From Octopus vulgaris (taxonomy: Eukaryota): a stretch of 64,000 bases of DNA. The notes under the pieces are model-generated. The model did no database searches and was not told where the DNA came from. It saw nothing but the letters and a program-made list of their open reading frames with translations. The translations under genes were made by a program, and so were the position numbers. Location of the stretch: the NCBI GenBank assembly GCA_951406725.2, contig OX597830.1, positions 24,800,001-24,864,000 on the forward strand. Reading direction: 5' to 3'. Positions 12,274-26,053 of this stretch are shown piece after piece (position 1 is the first letter of the stretch; every line of letters starts with the position of its first letter).

Positions 12274-15245
12274 TACATGATACAAGGGTTGAACACAACA
12301 GGGTGTTAATGAACAAGGGTAAATTACCCAAAGTGGGTAAAAATGAAATTCTTGTGGGTAATGAAGACTCATTAGACATAAGTAAAATTATATAAAAACC
12401 TGTTCCTTGTTATGACAGAAATTTTTCTTCTGACAAGGGGAGGCAGTCAAAAAGTTGCTGCCTTTTGCAACATCTTACCTTTGCAAACAAGGATTCTTCA
12501 CTCTAATGAACATAAAAAAACAGAGTAATCAATTAGACCTGATGACTGTATCTAAGTTGCTCTGGCATCAAAATGCCCCAATTTTGATGTAATTGTAGCA
12601 AAAATGAAACATCATTTCTCCAAAACCTAAAGTTTCTAGAAAAATCCTTTTGTTTCAATATGAGCATATTAAATTATTTTATCGCATTTGTTTTATACTT
12701 TTTATATTTATAATTATATTCTCCATATAAATAGATGCAATAAACCTTCTGAATTCAAAGAATCTATGATTTTCTTCCTTTCAAAACAAGGAGGTAATTC
12801 CGGGATAAATAAGTATATCTAGGGGTAATTGGTTACAAAAGTTCCCTAGCCCTTGCTTTAGACTGCGACCATGCTGGGGCACCACCTTGAAGAATTTTTA
12901 GTTGAATGAATTGACCCCAGTACTTTTTTGTGTTTTAAACTTGGTACTTATTCTATCAATCTCTTTTGCCGAACTGCCAAGTTACAGGGATGTAAACACA
13001 TAAACACTGGTTGTCAAGGCTTTGTTTGGTCCAGAGTCATAGTAGAAGATACTTGGTCAAGGCACCATGCAGTGGGAGTAAACCCGGAACCATGTGGTTG
13101 GGAAGCAAACTTTTTACCACACCTTTGCCTATGCTATATATACATTTGTATGTAATATATATATATATTTTCTTTACCATACTGTCTTTGATAAACTCTC
13201 CTGTCTTTAAAAAACATTATTCCTCTACTTTACTACTTCCGTCTTTCAATATGTAACCTCGTGAGTACCACTGGCGATTTTTTTTCCTCTGTCTTCCCTT
13301 CTCGGGATCTTTCCTTCTCCTATGTTTCCGACGAAGAGCTCCGCTCGAAACGTTAAACCCGCCTTCTTCCTTTCTTTCCTGAGCGTCCAATAATACTTTA
13401 TTTGTTCCACGTCCTTGCGTTGTTGTGTTTTTTTGTTTTCTTGTTTGGATTAACTATATATATATATATATATATATATCTCAAACTTCAATATGGGAGA
13501 AATTTACAACCTTCTACATCAATAAACTATAATATTATTGTTCCTGAAAGTTGTTTTTTGTATCTTCTGAGAACTGCACAAAGCTTACTAACTTCATACA
13601 CATTGATTCTTGGATCTTACCTTTTACATATATATATGTATTATAGGTGTGGTGATTGTGAAGTGGTGGCTATAATTCAATTGCATATGCCTTGTTAGTA
13701 GTCACCCCACCCTGTTGACGTAATGCTTTATATTTGTTGGGTCCAAGCACACCCTGTTCATATACGCATTAATAGGGTGTATACATGCTACATACTTTTT
13801 TACACCCTTATTAGTATTGTATTAGTACATAAATGTACTAACACACACATGAGTGTGTGTGTATGTGTGTGTAAAATATGAATATTTAACTTCATTCCAC
13901 TCCTGTTTCTGGGAACTTTTCATTACACACACGCACACACACACACACATATAATATTATTTAATTTCTATTCATGGGAACAGTATTCATTATACATACA
14001 TGCTCACTCGCACTCACAGTTTTGAAGTTTTTGTGACTACCATCTCTATTCACCTTGATCTTATTTTATGACCAAAACACAAGTATACAGCTACATCCAT
14101 ACATATTCACTGCCACCTACACCACCACCATACTACTTCGCAGTACCCACCACCAGGATATTGCTTTTCATATCCACCACTATCACCACCTTACATATAT
14201 CCACCACCACTGTCATAGTGCTCTCTCTCTCCCACTGTCATTTAGTGCAATCTTAACACCCCACCAAGCTTCTTTCATGCAGAATGCTGTCAAAAGAAAT
14301 ATAACATAGACACACCAGCTATAAACTGGATATCACCAAACCATTTAGGATAGCGATGATACTAACAGCCATTTGATTTATTATCTTCTTTTCATGTTTA
14401 TTAAGATCTGCTTTTACACCTGACAAAATAGTTTGTCTGGGGTTGTCACGTTATAGACTCTATGGTCATCAATATAAAAAAGATGTCTGTTATATTATAC
14501 TTTAGTACAGCTATCAGGTTCTTCTTGCAGAAGGTGTCCTTGGAAACTTTCTTTCTGTCATTATTTTAAACTACTTAAATCATTTAGTTTCGGTTTTTAA
14601 TCAATTTTAATCTCAGAGTTCTCTCCCCTGTTCTCAGTGATAAGAACTATCATTATTGCTAATACTTTTTCTTTTCCTAACAAATGTGGTCTCACTTGAT
14701 TAAAACTGTTTATTTGATTCCATTAAGTATGTTAGCTTGTACTTAACTATATATTATTCATACAGAAGTCATCGCTGAGAATTTTTCCCAATACTATTAT
14801 ATAGACAGGAGTGCATTTGTTTTTGTATTTGATGTCTTTGTTGTTGTTTAGACTCTAGTTATCTTGATCAAGCAGAGACCTGTGGTCAAAAGCATTCCTC
14901 CCATGGTCATTCTAAGGTCTTGTAGCAGTTTGTAAGGTTATGCCTTGCTAAGGAGATCTAATTACACTGAAACAGGTTTGGGGTTTGCACCCTATTTAAC
15001 AAAGCTTAAGCTCATTCTCTACTCTGCATTTTTATTCCAGAGTCACCCAAGGGAAGTTTGTTTGTATAACAGGGGCTACATTGTCTAATACATTCTTCTT
15101 TTTTAAAGACAGCAAGCTGAGAGTTGGGAGTGATTTCACTGTAGTTTTTAACAGGTTGGGCAACTAAAATGACTCATACTGTCTACCTATATAAATATAT
15201 ACACACACATATTTTTATGATGATATATGTATCTGTTTGTGTGTA

Positions 15246-15279
<34 letters not shown>

Positions 15280-15756
15280 TGAGTCGCAATTGACCATTCC
15301 ATCTACGCATACATACAAGCACATACACACGGCCACACCCACCCATTCATACTGCTACTGACTTGCAATTGACCTCTCACAGTGACATATACCCAACACT
15401 AAACTCACACACACACAGATCCTAACACACATACACACAGTTATTATCACACACACACACATGCTATCACACACACACACACACACACAACAAATGCACA
15501 CACACACTGATAGTCTTCACACTCTGTTCCAGAAACCACTTTCTCTTTCTACATCTGGTCACTTCAAAGATGTAACTGTACATGAATGGTTGGCAATTTT
15601 TCCTTATTTTTCTTTTTTTCTCTTGGACTTTATTTTTTCTGACAAAGAGGCATGCTCAAAACATTAACAACTCTCTCTTTTCACTGAACATCAAATTAAT
15701 ATTTTTCTTTTTTCTCCTCTGTTTTTAACTGTTTGTTCTTTGAATTGACTACATAT

Positions 15757-15802
<46 letters not shown>

Positions 15803-16016
15803 AACACACATATATATATACTTATATATATATATACATATACACACACACATACACACTATATTTTAATGTGTACAAGGAACTCCCTAATTTGCGGGAC
15901 TTAAAATTTGGAAAAAAGGTTTTGTAAGGGATTGTAATACTATCCATGTATAAGAAACTCCCATATTTTTTTAAACCTAATCTTTGACAAAATGTGTTCC
16001 TTATACACATTGAGAT

Positions 16017-16083
<67 letters not shown>

Positions 16084-16449
16084 ATGCTTTCTTGCATATG
16101 AGCAAACCCATTGCTAGAAAGAGGCATTGATAATGCAATGTGAGGCCCTTATATGGCTCTTGAGCCCCGCCAAAGATTTGCCCATTTTATTGTATAATAC
16201 AGTTGTGCTGGCTGGCAGAAGGAATCGGTGCCACTGTATGAAGTCTTTTTAATCCTCCAACTGAACAGCACCCTTTTCCACAGGTTGCAAATGTTCCATT
16301 GTGAACAAAAACTGTACGCTAATTTACATGGGGTCAATTCTTGTGGCTTCTTTGATGGCCAACCAAGCCTGGATCACTTAAGCATAGAGAAGAGAACAAA
16401 AAACAATGCTTGTGTGAAATAAGGCATGGTTATATGCTTAAATTAAATA

Positions 16450-16680
16450 GGCGGTGAGCTGGCAGAAACGTTAGCATGCCGGGCGAAATGTGTAGCCGTA
16501 TTTCATCTGTCGTTACGTTCCGAGTTCAAATTCCGCCGAGGTCGACTTTGCCTTTCATCCTTTCGGGGTCAATAAATTAAGTACCACTTACGCACTGGGG
16601 TCGATGTAATCGAATTAATCCGTTTGTCAGTCCTTGTTTGTCCCCTCTGTGTTTAGCTCCTTGTGGGTAGTAAAGAAATA
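16450..16680 (+). mobile_element. tRNA-derived SINE family B with 16-bp TSD
   Basis: ggcggtgagctggcagaa...gagttcaaattc...gcctttcatcctttcggggtc; flanked by tatatgcttaaattaa / tatatacttaaattaa (one mismatch). Confidence 0.88.
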
Positions 16681-16767
16681 TATATACTTAAATTAACCCC
16701 TATAAACACATTATTAATTGGTCCTCAAAATTAATTATAATTTTTTTTTTCTTTTCTTGTTTTTCAG

Positions 16768-16852
16768 AAGCCAGCTTCGAGTTCTCAAAAATGGCTTCAT
16801 TCAAACTCAAGCAACATATCGTATGTACGTGCAACGGAAAGCCTACCAACAG
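16768..16852 (+). CDS. MYO15: Myosin XV exon, IQ motif (SQLRVLKNGFIQTQATYRMYVQRKAYQQ)
   Basis: Poly-T/ttttcag acceptor (CAG AAG NAGNAG), CAG|GTGACT donor, phase 2 to 0. Confidence 0.85.
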
Positions 16853-17689
16853 GTGACTATGTGAAGAGTTGGATTTTTTTAATATCTTGTCTGAACCGGA
16901 TTCCTGATAAAGAACTCTTAGAGCATTTTGTTTTATCAGTCCCATAATAAATCAGCAATAAAAGCAATGTCAACATAAACTAACAGAGAAGTTTGGTTAT
17001 TATCAAAAGCCAGGCTATTATCGCTTTGTTGTTTCTTTTTTAATTCATAAACAAGACAGAAATGGCTATATTCTTCTTCTTCTTATTATTATAATATAAG
17101 GCAGTGAGCTAGCAGAATCGTTAGCAGCAGTTTGTTTACCTTTACATTCTGAATTTAAATTCTGCTGAGGTTTGACATTGCCTTTCATCTTTTCAGGGTC
17201 GATAAAATAAGTACCAGTTGAGTGCTCGAGTTAATCTAACTGACTTACCCACTAACCCCCAAAATTGCTGGCCTTGTGCCAAAATTTCAAACCAATATTT
17301 GTTCTGGTTCTTTACGTTCTGAGTTCTAAACCTGTCAAAATAAACTTTTGTCTTTCATCCTTTTTAGGGTCAATAATATAAAGTAGAAGTAAAACAACTA
17401 ACCCCTCTTTCAAAATCTCTGGCCTTGTGCCTAAAGTGGAAACAATTATTAGGGTGGTGGATTGCCAGAATTATTAGAGTGTCAGAACAGATACTTTGGG
17501 TGATTGATATGCCTCTTTATGTTGTGAGTTCAAATCCTGATGAAGCTAACTTTATCTTCTATCCAGGAAAAACTGAAAACATAAAATAGCAGCCAAGTAT
17601 TGGGTCTCATTTAATCAGTTAAATTCACCCCATCTCTCACTAAATTTCAGACCCTGGGTCCTGTATTAATCAATAGTTTTCTTTCTATT

Positions 17690-18960
17690 GCTTGCTTTCA
17701 CTTTAATACTGAGCACAGCTCATTGCATCTTTCATACCTGCAGTATTTTGTTTGAATTCTGTATTTTCCCTTATGTTGATAGTACACTAAGTATTATGTG
17801 TGCAGTGCCTAGCAGTAATATTTTCAGTATACTGTTCCATATTTGCAAGTCCTGAAGTTTTAGTTATGTATTTCCCTGAATGTTTTCTCAATCATTCTTA
17901 AGGCATCTATTGTAATAAGGGTTGTTTTTGTTGTTTGTTGTCAGTCTGGTTTTTCTCTATTTTTTAGATCTTTATATTTGGATAATTTCTCCAATTTGTT
18001 TTAAAACAAATTATCTACTGAAACTGATACTTCAGTTAGGATGCACTTTTTCTTCTGATAGTCCTCGACAACAATATCCAACCAGTTAGCCTTCATCTCC
18101 TTGCCTGTGTTGATTGACATATCCAAGACTACAATCCCTTTGTCATTCTGAAATATTTTCTGATGTATGTTTGTGTGATCCCTTTTCTCTTGTTATTTCA
18201 TAGTGCTTAATATCTAGTATATGAAAATAAAGTCTCCAGAAGTACAATATTAGACTGTTATAATGTTTAACATAACATCCCATATATATGAATGCCTCAA
18301 TTATCCTTGCCGGTAGATATATGAAGAACTTTCTTTCAAAACTAGATATATGCATCAGAATGACTTTTGAGTAATTGTTTAAAGCAACAACTTGAATCTG
18401 TCTGATTTTGATTGGAAGACTAACATTCTTCTACTGTCTATATGGCACCTATCCCAGTTTGACTGAAAAAAATTTCACATGCGTAAAGCCAGCAGCTTGC
18501 AGATTGTGTTTTAATGGTTATCATGAAATTGACCTGAAATGCACTTATTTAAGGAAGTATATGAGGAGCTTATTTTCAAAGCTGGTATAACACTGCACAT
18601 CCAGAGACTGGCACAACTTCCAATGTATAAAAACCACAACTTTGTCATGTCTTTAGCTATATACTTTCTAAGATGATACTAGGTATCCAAAGACTGATAT
18701 ATTCCTAGTGTATGAAAGCCCCAAATCCATCATGCCATTATTTCTTGTTGGTTAAGACTATAAGCATCCACAGACAGTGTGGTTAATATTTTCTTCCAGC
18801 ACTCAACATATTTTACATTTCCTTAAAAAATGTTCTGCTTCATTAAATACTCTTGAAAGTTTCTAGTGGAAAGATGTTGATTCAACATTGCAATCACTAA
18901 ATCCTCTAATTTAACTTTTTTAATTCTGAAACTTCTCAGCCAACAGTGTGGTTTTTTTTC
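17690..18960 (-). mobile_element. Decayed Dong/R4-like non-LTR retrotransposon 3' fragment (restriction-like endonuclease)
   Basis: Minus strand reads IVVLDMSINTGKEMKANWLDIVVEDYQKKKCILTEVSV and LLGTAHI, resembling the R4/Dong WD..T...ANRPDIV...IDV and LGTAHILR motifs. Boundaries approximate. Confidence 0.65.
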
Positions 18961-19934
18961 TTTACTTATTTTCAATTTGTTCACTCACTTTTCAAGAAGG
19001 GTTTTTTTCTTTTTTTGTTATTTCCTCCTTGTGGCCATATTTTTAACTCATAAACTGAAATGACATTTTCTGGGGAAAAGAACTGACAACACAAACTTCC
19101 AAAAAGGAAAACTTCTTTTTTGTATTTGTTGGTTTCTCTGAAGATAGAAAAATGCTGAAAAATGCTCTATGGTATTCGTCCTGTTCTTTACGTTCTGAGT
19201 TCAAATCCTCTTCTGGTTATCTTTGCCTTTCGTGTTTTGGGGATCAATAAGATAAAGCTCCAGTCAAGAGCTGGGTTTGATGATTACAGCTGGCACTCTC
19301 TCTTCAATACAGCTGTGGGCAGCTGACAGGATGTTGTTTTTTACTTGTTCCAGTCATTAGCCTGCAGCCATCCTGGAGCACCACATTATGGCTTTAGTCA
19401 AACAAATTGACCTTAGTACTTAATTGTAAGTTGGGTACATATTCAGTGGTCTCATTTTTACCAAACTGCAATTTACAGGGACATAAACAACCTAATACCA
19501 GTTGTCAAGCTGTGGTATGTGGTGGGGGAGACAAGCACAAACACACACAATGAGCTTCCACACAGTTTCTATCTACCAAATTCACTCACAAAGCATTGAT
19601 AGACTCGAGGCTATAGTAGAAGACACTTGCCCAATGTGATGTATCGTAGGACTGAACCCAAAACTACATAGCCACAAAATGAGTTTCTTAACTATACAGC
19701 TATACCCATGTCTTTTTTGTTTCGTTTTTTTATATTTATTTTTGTAATTATTTATGGTTTGACATTGGTCTCCTGTGTAGCTAAAATCAGACATTTTATT
19801 TCTGCTTTTTGTCCATGATGCATCAGCCATTGTTAGCTTTTACTCTGTTGAGCATTGTGGGGTATTGGTTATAGAAACGACCCTTATTTTATGTGTTTAT
19901 ATTACATTAACCATTGGGATTCTTTTTATTGTAG

Positions 19935-20003
19935 ATGCTGCAAGAAATAAACTTCAGAAAAGACTTTGAGGACGATAAACCAAAAGAAAAGGAGAACAAT
20001 CAA
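19935..20003 (+). CDS. MYO15: Myosin XV exon (MLQEINFRKDFEDDKPKEKENNQ), charged post-IQ segment
   Basis: tttttattgtag acceptor, CAA|GTAGGA donor, phase 0 to 0; fits both neighbours. Confidence 0.72.
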
Positions 20004-20621
20004 GTAGGAATTCATTTTTTTTTTTTTTTACTTTTTAGCTCAACAGAAATGGAATAGTGTGTGTGTGTGGTTGGCAGTTTTAGTGGTGATGAGGAAGGGA
20101 CTGAGTTTTGAGGATGGTAGAAACATCTGACCCAAAGTTACAAAATTTGACTCGGCAAACTTCATGCTGTCACGCAGGAGTTTCATTGCCTTCTTTGGTA
20201 GGTGGCCCCAGGCAGCTCTGGTGTCATGGTGGAAGAGGCCTAAACACCTACATAACTGCTTTACTGCTTAATGAGACATCAACTCCTGCATTCAGAGATG
20301 GAGTACAACACTCTCAGCACACTGATGTTTACCCTAAATGGTAGGGTGGAATAAAATATGCCAGTGGGTGGGGTGACAAGATGTGATGATGAGGTGAAGA
20401 AGAAATGTGATGGTGGGGGTCATGGTGGTGAAGGTTAAATCTACAACTCCTTTCACCACACCAACCCTACCTCCTCCACTATCACATTTCGCTACCCATA
20501 ACTTAGCAGCTCAGTAAAAGAGACCAATAGAATAAGTACTAGGCTTACAAACAATATGTCCTGGGGTTGATTTGTTCAGTTTAAGGTGGTGCTTCAGCAA
20601 GGCTGTGTGTATGTATATATG

Positions 20622-20722
<101 letters not shown>

Positions 20723-21380
20723 AGAAAGAGAAAATGGGGATTGGGAAGTTAATTGTTTATTATTTACAGCAAATTAATCATCATGCCTTACAGCTGTTTC
20801 AATTAATACTCAGTAAATATTAAATTTATATGAACTGAGCATAATATCTTCAGGAGGAAAAATATGTATACCATTGGATGTTTTATATGTGTTTATGGAT
20901 TCATTATAGCAGACTCATATATGTATATATATATATATTTAAAATTCAACTTTTAAACTTTTTTCTCTTATATCGAGAATGTTGAAAATCTCCATAGTGA
21001 CAACTGGAATTTCAGAGGTGTAAAGTATTAATATTGAAGAAGAACTAATGATAAACACTAGTACATATACACATGAAAAATTTCCAGTACCTAAAATCGA
21101 TAATAGTGCAAAACTGCTGTATGTTTGGATAATATATCCCTAGGAAAGAACAACTTCTTTCTATACTTATATATGTGTGAGCATGTGTGTGTGTGTGTAT
21201 ACAGGTGCAATCGGGTAGCGAGTTTAATAAAATGGCTATTACATAGTGAGACATTTGTTAATAAAGTTTGGAATAAAGATATCAAAGATAATGTTTTCTT
21301 ATGCCTTAATATTGTTTTAAAAAATTTCTTGGAATATGGCTTTAATCTGTTAATGATAATCTTACGTTGTTGTCTTGTAG

Positions 21381-21462
21381 GACATAATGAGTAACGAAGC
21401 AAGTGTAATTGCCAACATGGAGATCCCGGGGGAGTTGGCGCATGTTTTGTCCAAAGACCAAA
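21381..21462 (+). CDS. MYO15: Myosin XV exon (DIMSNEASVIANMEIPGELAHVLSKDQ)
   Basis: tgtcttgtag acceptor, A|GTAAGT donor; EIPxELA motif; phase 0 to 1. Confidence 0.88.
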
Positions 21463-22239
21463 GTAAGTAAAAATATAAAATTGTTTTCTTTTGGAAGAAT
21501 AGGTCTGATGTGAAAAGGATCAGGGAAAAATTATTGAAAGTGGTACTGAAGCAAGGTCACAGTTCAGTGACTAAAACCACAAAAAGATTGTACATGTAAG
21601 GGCATGCATGATTAAAAATTGTATGTGTGATTTTGTGTATTCAATAATTGTTGGCAGAATTCTGCTTGAAACATCCCATCTAACTCCTCATAACATTTTC
21701 ATTTTTTGGAATTTTCAGAAAAATTTTATGAATTTGTATTCAACACTTAGGAATTTTGCACAATTGTGCAAAAACATTCAGAAATTTTTTAGTGTGTGAT
21801 TTAAAGGCTATTCAGCTATTATTTTTAGCACATTTCACAACCACCTGATACCCTCTTCGCTTGTTACTCTGATACGTTGATGTTTTTCAATATCTTTCTC
21901 TCCATAAACACATTCAATGGTCTAATACTGGGATTTAAGTAAAAAATTTGGACTGTCTGTATTTTAAACTGTAATTTTTTTTTTTTGAATTCCAAAACTT
22001 CAAAGAAAATTTTTGAAAAATGTTTTGACAAACTGACCAAAAATTCATTTTTCATAGTCACATGAATTCTTATGTATAGCATAAAAATTCACAAAAATTT
22101 TCTGAAAATTCCAAAAAATAATGGTTATGAGGGGCTAGATTTAGATGCTTTATGTGCCGCATATAATGAGTGAAATTGTTTTGACTGTCTTGTAATATAT
22201 ATATATTTATATACACACACGATTAAATTGTATTTCCAG

Positions 22240-22373
22240 ATAACAACCCTGTCCATGCTGACCAACATATCACCACAGTTGCTGGCACTGTGGTACCAAT
22301 AGACATGAAGTACCAGCTACCAACTGACATCAATGCTCATCCATTCAATAAATATGTCAGAGTATATTTCAAG
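22240..22373 (+). CDS. MYO15: Myosin XV exon (NNPVHADQH...LPTDINAHPFNKYVRVYFK)
   Basis: tatttccag acceptor, AAG|GTCAGT donor; phase 1 to 0. Confidence 0.88.
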
Positions 22374-24001
22374 GTCAGTTTTACAACCAGACAACATGCC
22401 TGTTGATGAAGATCACTGTAGAGCAAGGATTCTTAACCATCCTTTTTATCTATGGATCCTTTTGATTGTTATTTTATTCTGGTGGACCCCCATATCCATT
22501 CAATGTTTTAAAATTAGTTTTATAGAAACTTCTTACAAATTTCCTATTTTGTTTTTCACATATTAACTTATGTAGGTTGAACTATGTAAAATGTTGGAGA
22601 AAGAAACCTGTATCTTGTGATACATACTAATACATGCATCTAAAGCAAAAGTTTTCAGGGACCCTTAAAATATTATTGTGGATCCCCAATTTATTATTTT
22701 GTTATGTGAAGTCCCAAAACTTTTATGTGGACACTCAGGAGTCATATTGGCTGGGTGGGGAGGGTATTGAGATTTAATTGTTTAACTCAGGCGTGCACAA
22801 CCTTTTTTGAGAAGTGGGTTGTGCAAGATATGGTTCGTCACCAGGTAGGTTGCACTACTGAAAACATTCAAAGGTATATATATATATTTGCTGGTATGCC
22901 ATTCAGAAAGTTCCATGGGTTGCATTTTGCTCATGACTGATTTAGCGCATTGACCTTTCCAGGTCCTCCCAGATTGGTAATAAGGACAGCGTAAATTGTG
23001 GTCATCTTGAAGTTCACTAGATCAATACCTTTAACAAAAACATTGGCAGAACAGGCTAATAAGAGGACTTTTGTGTTGTTACTTAACCTGCTGGAAATAA
23101 CAGCCAAATCACATTGAAGATGTTGGATATATATCCCCCCCTCCAAAACAAAAAGTGGGCACGCAACATAGGTGGATATTAGCCATTGTAGGGATAGGTG
23201 AAGGGAGAACACTATGAAAGGATAGGAGAAATGTAAGTATATTGTAGAGCTGAGAAAAGGGAGTACATGTAGAATTGATCCTGATCAATCATCATCATCT
23301 ACCATCCATGCTGGCATGGGTTGGGTTGTTTGGTAGAAGACTACCCCAGGCTACTGTGTCTATTTTGGCATGGTTTTTATCGCTGGATGCCCTTCTTAAC
23401 ACCAACCACCCTGCAGAGCATACAATATCTGGCCAAAATATTCTACCTGTTTTATGTTCAAACTGACCATAGCCAACCTCACATTTACACAACAATGTCA
23501 TTCTAAAAGTGATCAAAGCAATGAGATAATGCACAATTATTTGTAAACAATGTGAATAAGTAAGCACCACATTTGACAGAGTAATCTGAATGCTAAAGGG
23601 TTAACGGAGCAGAATTAATTATGGAAATAAATATAAAATGGTTTCATAAAATATAGTGTTTCATGATTTCAGTGTTATCAAGGTTAACTTAAGTTAGTAA
23701 CTAGACAGCAGGGTCATGGCTGGAATGATTTTGATCAAATATCTGCTCAGTCAGGGTTGACTTGATACTTGGGGCTTGACACAACATTGACAGAAAAGGA
23801 GCTGCAGAATGTCCCTGATGTGGAAGAAGAGTAACAGAAAAAAAAATATCAAATGTCCTTTCTGGGTTTTATTTTTTTTTAGTGTAATTTTGTATGGCAT
23901 CATAACCTGCTGTTATTTCTAACAGGTCAAGCAATCATGTAAGAAGCTCCTTTGTTAGTTCAAAGGCTCTATGTCTTTATTATTTCTCCTTGGTCTTATG
24001 A

Positions 24002-24270
24002 AGGAGCACAGCTCAGTGGTTAGAGCATTGGGCTCATAGGCATGAGGTAGTGAGTTCAATTCCTGGACCAGACAGTGTTCTTGAGCAAGACACTTTATTT
24101 CACATTGTATCAGTCTTTGCCTTTACCGTGGATAACATCAGTGGTGTGGAGAGGGGAGGCTGGTATACATGGACAACTGAAGGTCTTCCATAAATAACCT
24201 TGCCCAGACTTTTGCCTCGAAGGGGGATTTTCTAGTTGCAATCTCATGGTCATTCATGACTGAAAGCAAT
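24002..24270 (+). mobile_element. tRNA-derived SINE family C (CORE-like centre)
   Basis: agctcagtggttagagc A box, gagttcaattcc B box, ttgagcaagacactttatttc centre; related minus copy at about 58547-58870. Confidence 0.7.
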
Positions 24271-25606
24271 TTTTACCCTTTTTCACCCTTAGATGGGCAT
24301 CCAGCCATAGAAACATTGCCAGATCAGACTGGGCCTGGTGCAGCCTTCTGGCTTCCCAGACCCCAGTTGCACCGTCCAACCCATGCCAGCATGGAAAGCG
24401 GACGCTAAATGATGATGATGATGAGTCCTTGAAGACTATAGCATACACCACTATGATCTAGTTCTGGATAAGTTATTAGTTATAGGAGTTAGAAGTCATC
24501 CTCTAAGTTCAGACATAATGAAGGAACAGCACTGGCCAGGCCAGGTGAAGTGTCTCACACAATGTCACACTATCACATCTACAATGTCATGGTGAACTGA
24601 TAAACACATGAATATAACAGGTGTGAGCTAATGAGGGTCCTTATGCTACAGCGCTCTTTCTGCTAGATATAGCAACCAAATCTTCCCCAATTGGCACTCT
24701 ATCATCTTAAAAAGCAGCAAGCAGATTGGTCCGTGTCATCCTAGATACACTTAAAAATATGGGATGACCATGACTGAAATGCTTTTTATCATAATTCTAC
24801 TCATTCAAGGTCTGGCCTGAGGCTAAACAATATCAGCTATTATTAATCTAGTTATTACCGCAAGTGTTATCCCAGTACCTTCTCTTACACTAACTGAAAA
24901 ATACACTTGAAAAATTATAATTAACTTATGCACAAGAAATCTGTAGTTTTATTTCCATACATTTCACTGTTATCTAGCAAAATTTGAAAAGTTTCACATC
25001 AAACCAAACATCACCCAACCTAACCAGCTTTGCATCCTCCTCTCTTCCATATTTTTAAGTGTATCTAGGATGACACGGGCCAATCTGCCTGTTGCTTTTT
25101 AAGATGTAAATTGGAGAACATTTGGTTGCTATTTCTAGCAGGATGAGCACTGTAGCATAAGGTCCCTCATTAGCTCACATCTGTTATATTCATGCATTTA
25201 TCAGTTTTTCATTTTTCTTTATAAGTGAAACTTCATGATTATTGGCTCAAGAAATAGTGTTAAAAGTTGTTTAAAATTTATGCAGCAGCCATGACATTAG
25301 CATCGTAATTAATTGATTATTATTTGGTATTTTTAAATGCTTTTATATTTTTATAAACAAGGTTGGCACAGGTATTTCTTTTCTGCCATTCATTATCATC
25401 ATCATCATCATTTAGTGCCTGCTTTCCATGCTAGCAGTAATACCTCTATGACAACAGTATTCGATGAGTTCAATGAGACTGTAGGATGTGATTTTGAGGG
25501 AGAATTGATTGTTAATTTCAGCATGTTGAATGACGATATAGAGCGACCCCTCGCTAATTTAGTTTGTTAATTTAGGTTGTTAATTAATGTGATTTTCTCT
25601 TTGCAG

Positions 25607-25705
25607 AATGCAAACTGGGCTGCTGTGCCACTTCCCATCAAAGAAACTTTCCTGACTTTGAACAATGACATATCAAAGAAGCATGCTCTCTCAATATTCA
25701 AACTG
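25607..25705 (+). CDS. MYO15: Myosin XV exon, MyTH4 start (NANWAAVPLPIKETFLTL...ALSIFKL)
   Basis: ttttctctttgcag acceptor, CTG|GTAAGA donor; phase 0 to 0. Confidence 0.9.
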
Positions 25706-26020
25706 GTAAGAAACAGTCTGTCTGTGTGGCTGTATGTTACAAAAAATGTAGGTAAAATACAAGGAAAATATGAACAGGCAGTCGGAAGGCATTGAATAAA
25801 CTTGTAACATATTTATATGACATAATGATGAGAGAATAAAGATATCAGGTGTGACTGCATGGTAAGAAGCTTGCTTCCCAACCACATGGTTCTGGGTTCA
25901 GTCTCACTGCATGGCACCTTGAGCAAGTGTCTTCTAGTATAGCCTTGAGCCAACCAAAGCCGTGTCAGTGGATTTGGTAGATGGAAACTGAGAGAAGCCC
26001 ATCATATATATACTTATATA

Positions 26021-26053
<33 letters not shown>

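Noticed and set aside
16149-16375. Cys-containing minus-strand ORF (PCKLAYSFCSQWNIC) with a good upstream pyrimidine tract
   Set aside because: Another frame gives KSLAGLKSHIRA, so it is likely a decayed RTE 3' end rather than an exon.
1-16767. Expected upstream myosin motor/IQ exon
   Set aside because: I found no plus-strand segment with motor or IQ similarity and a phase-2 donor. The preceding exon probably lies before the window, though a miss by eye is possible.
24002-24070. tRNA-like sequences with A and B boxes (also the heads at 16450 and 27451)
   Set aside because: No complete cloverleaf or acceptor stem; they continue into SINE bodies.
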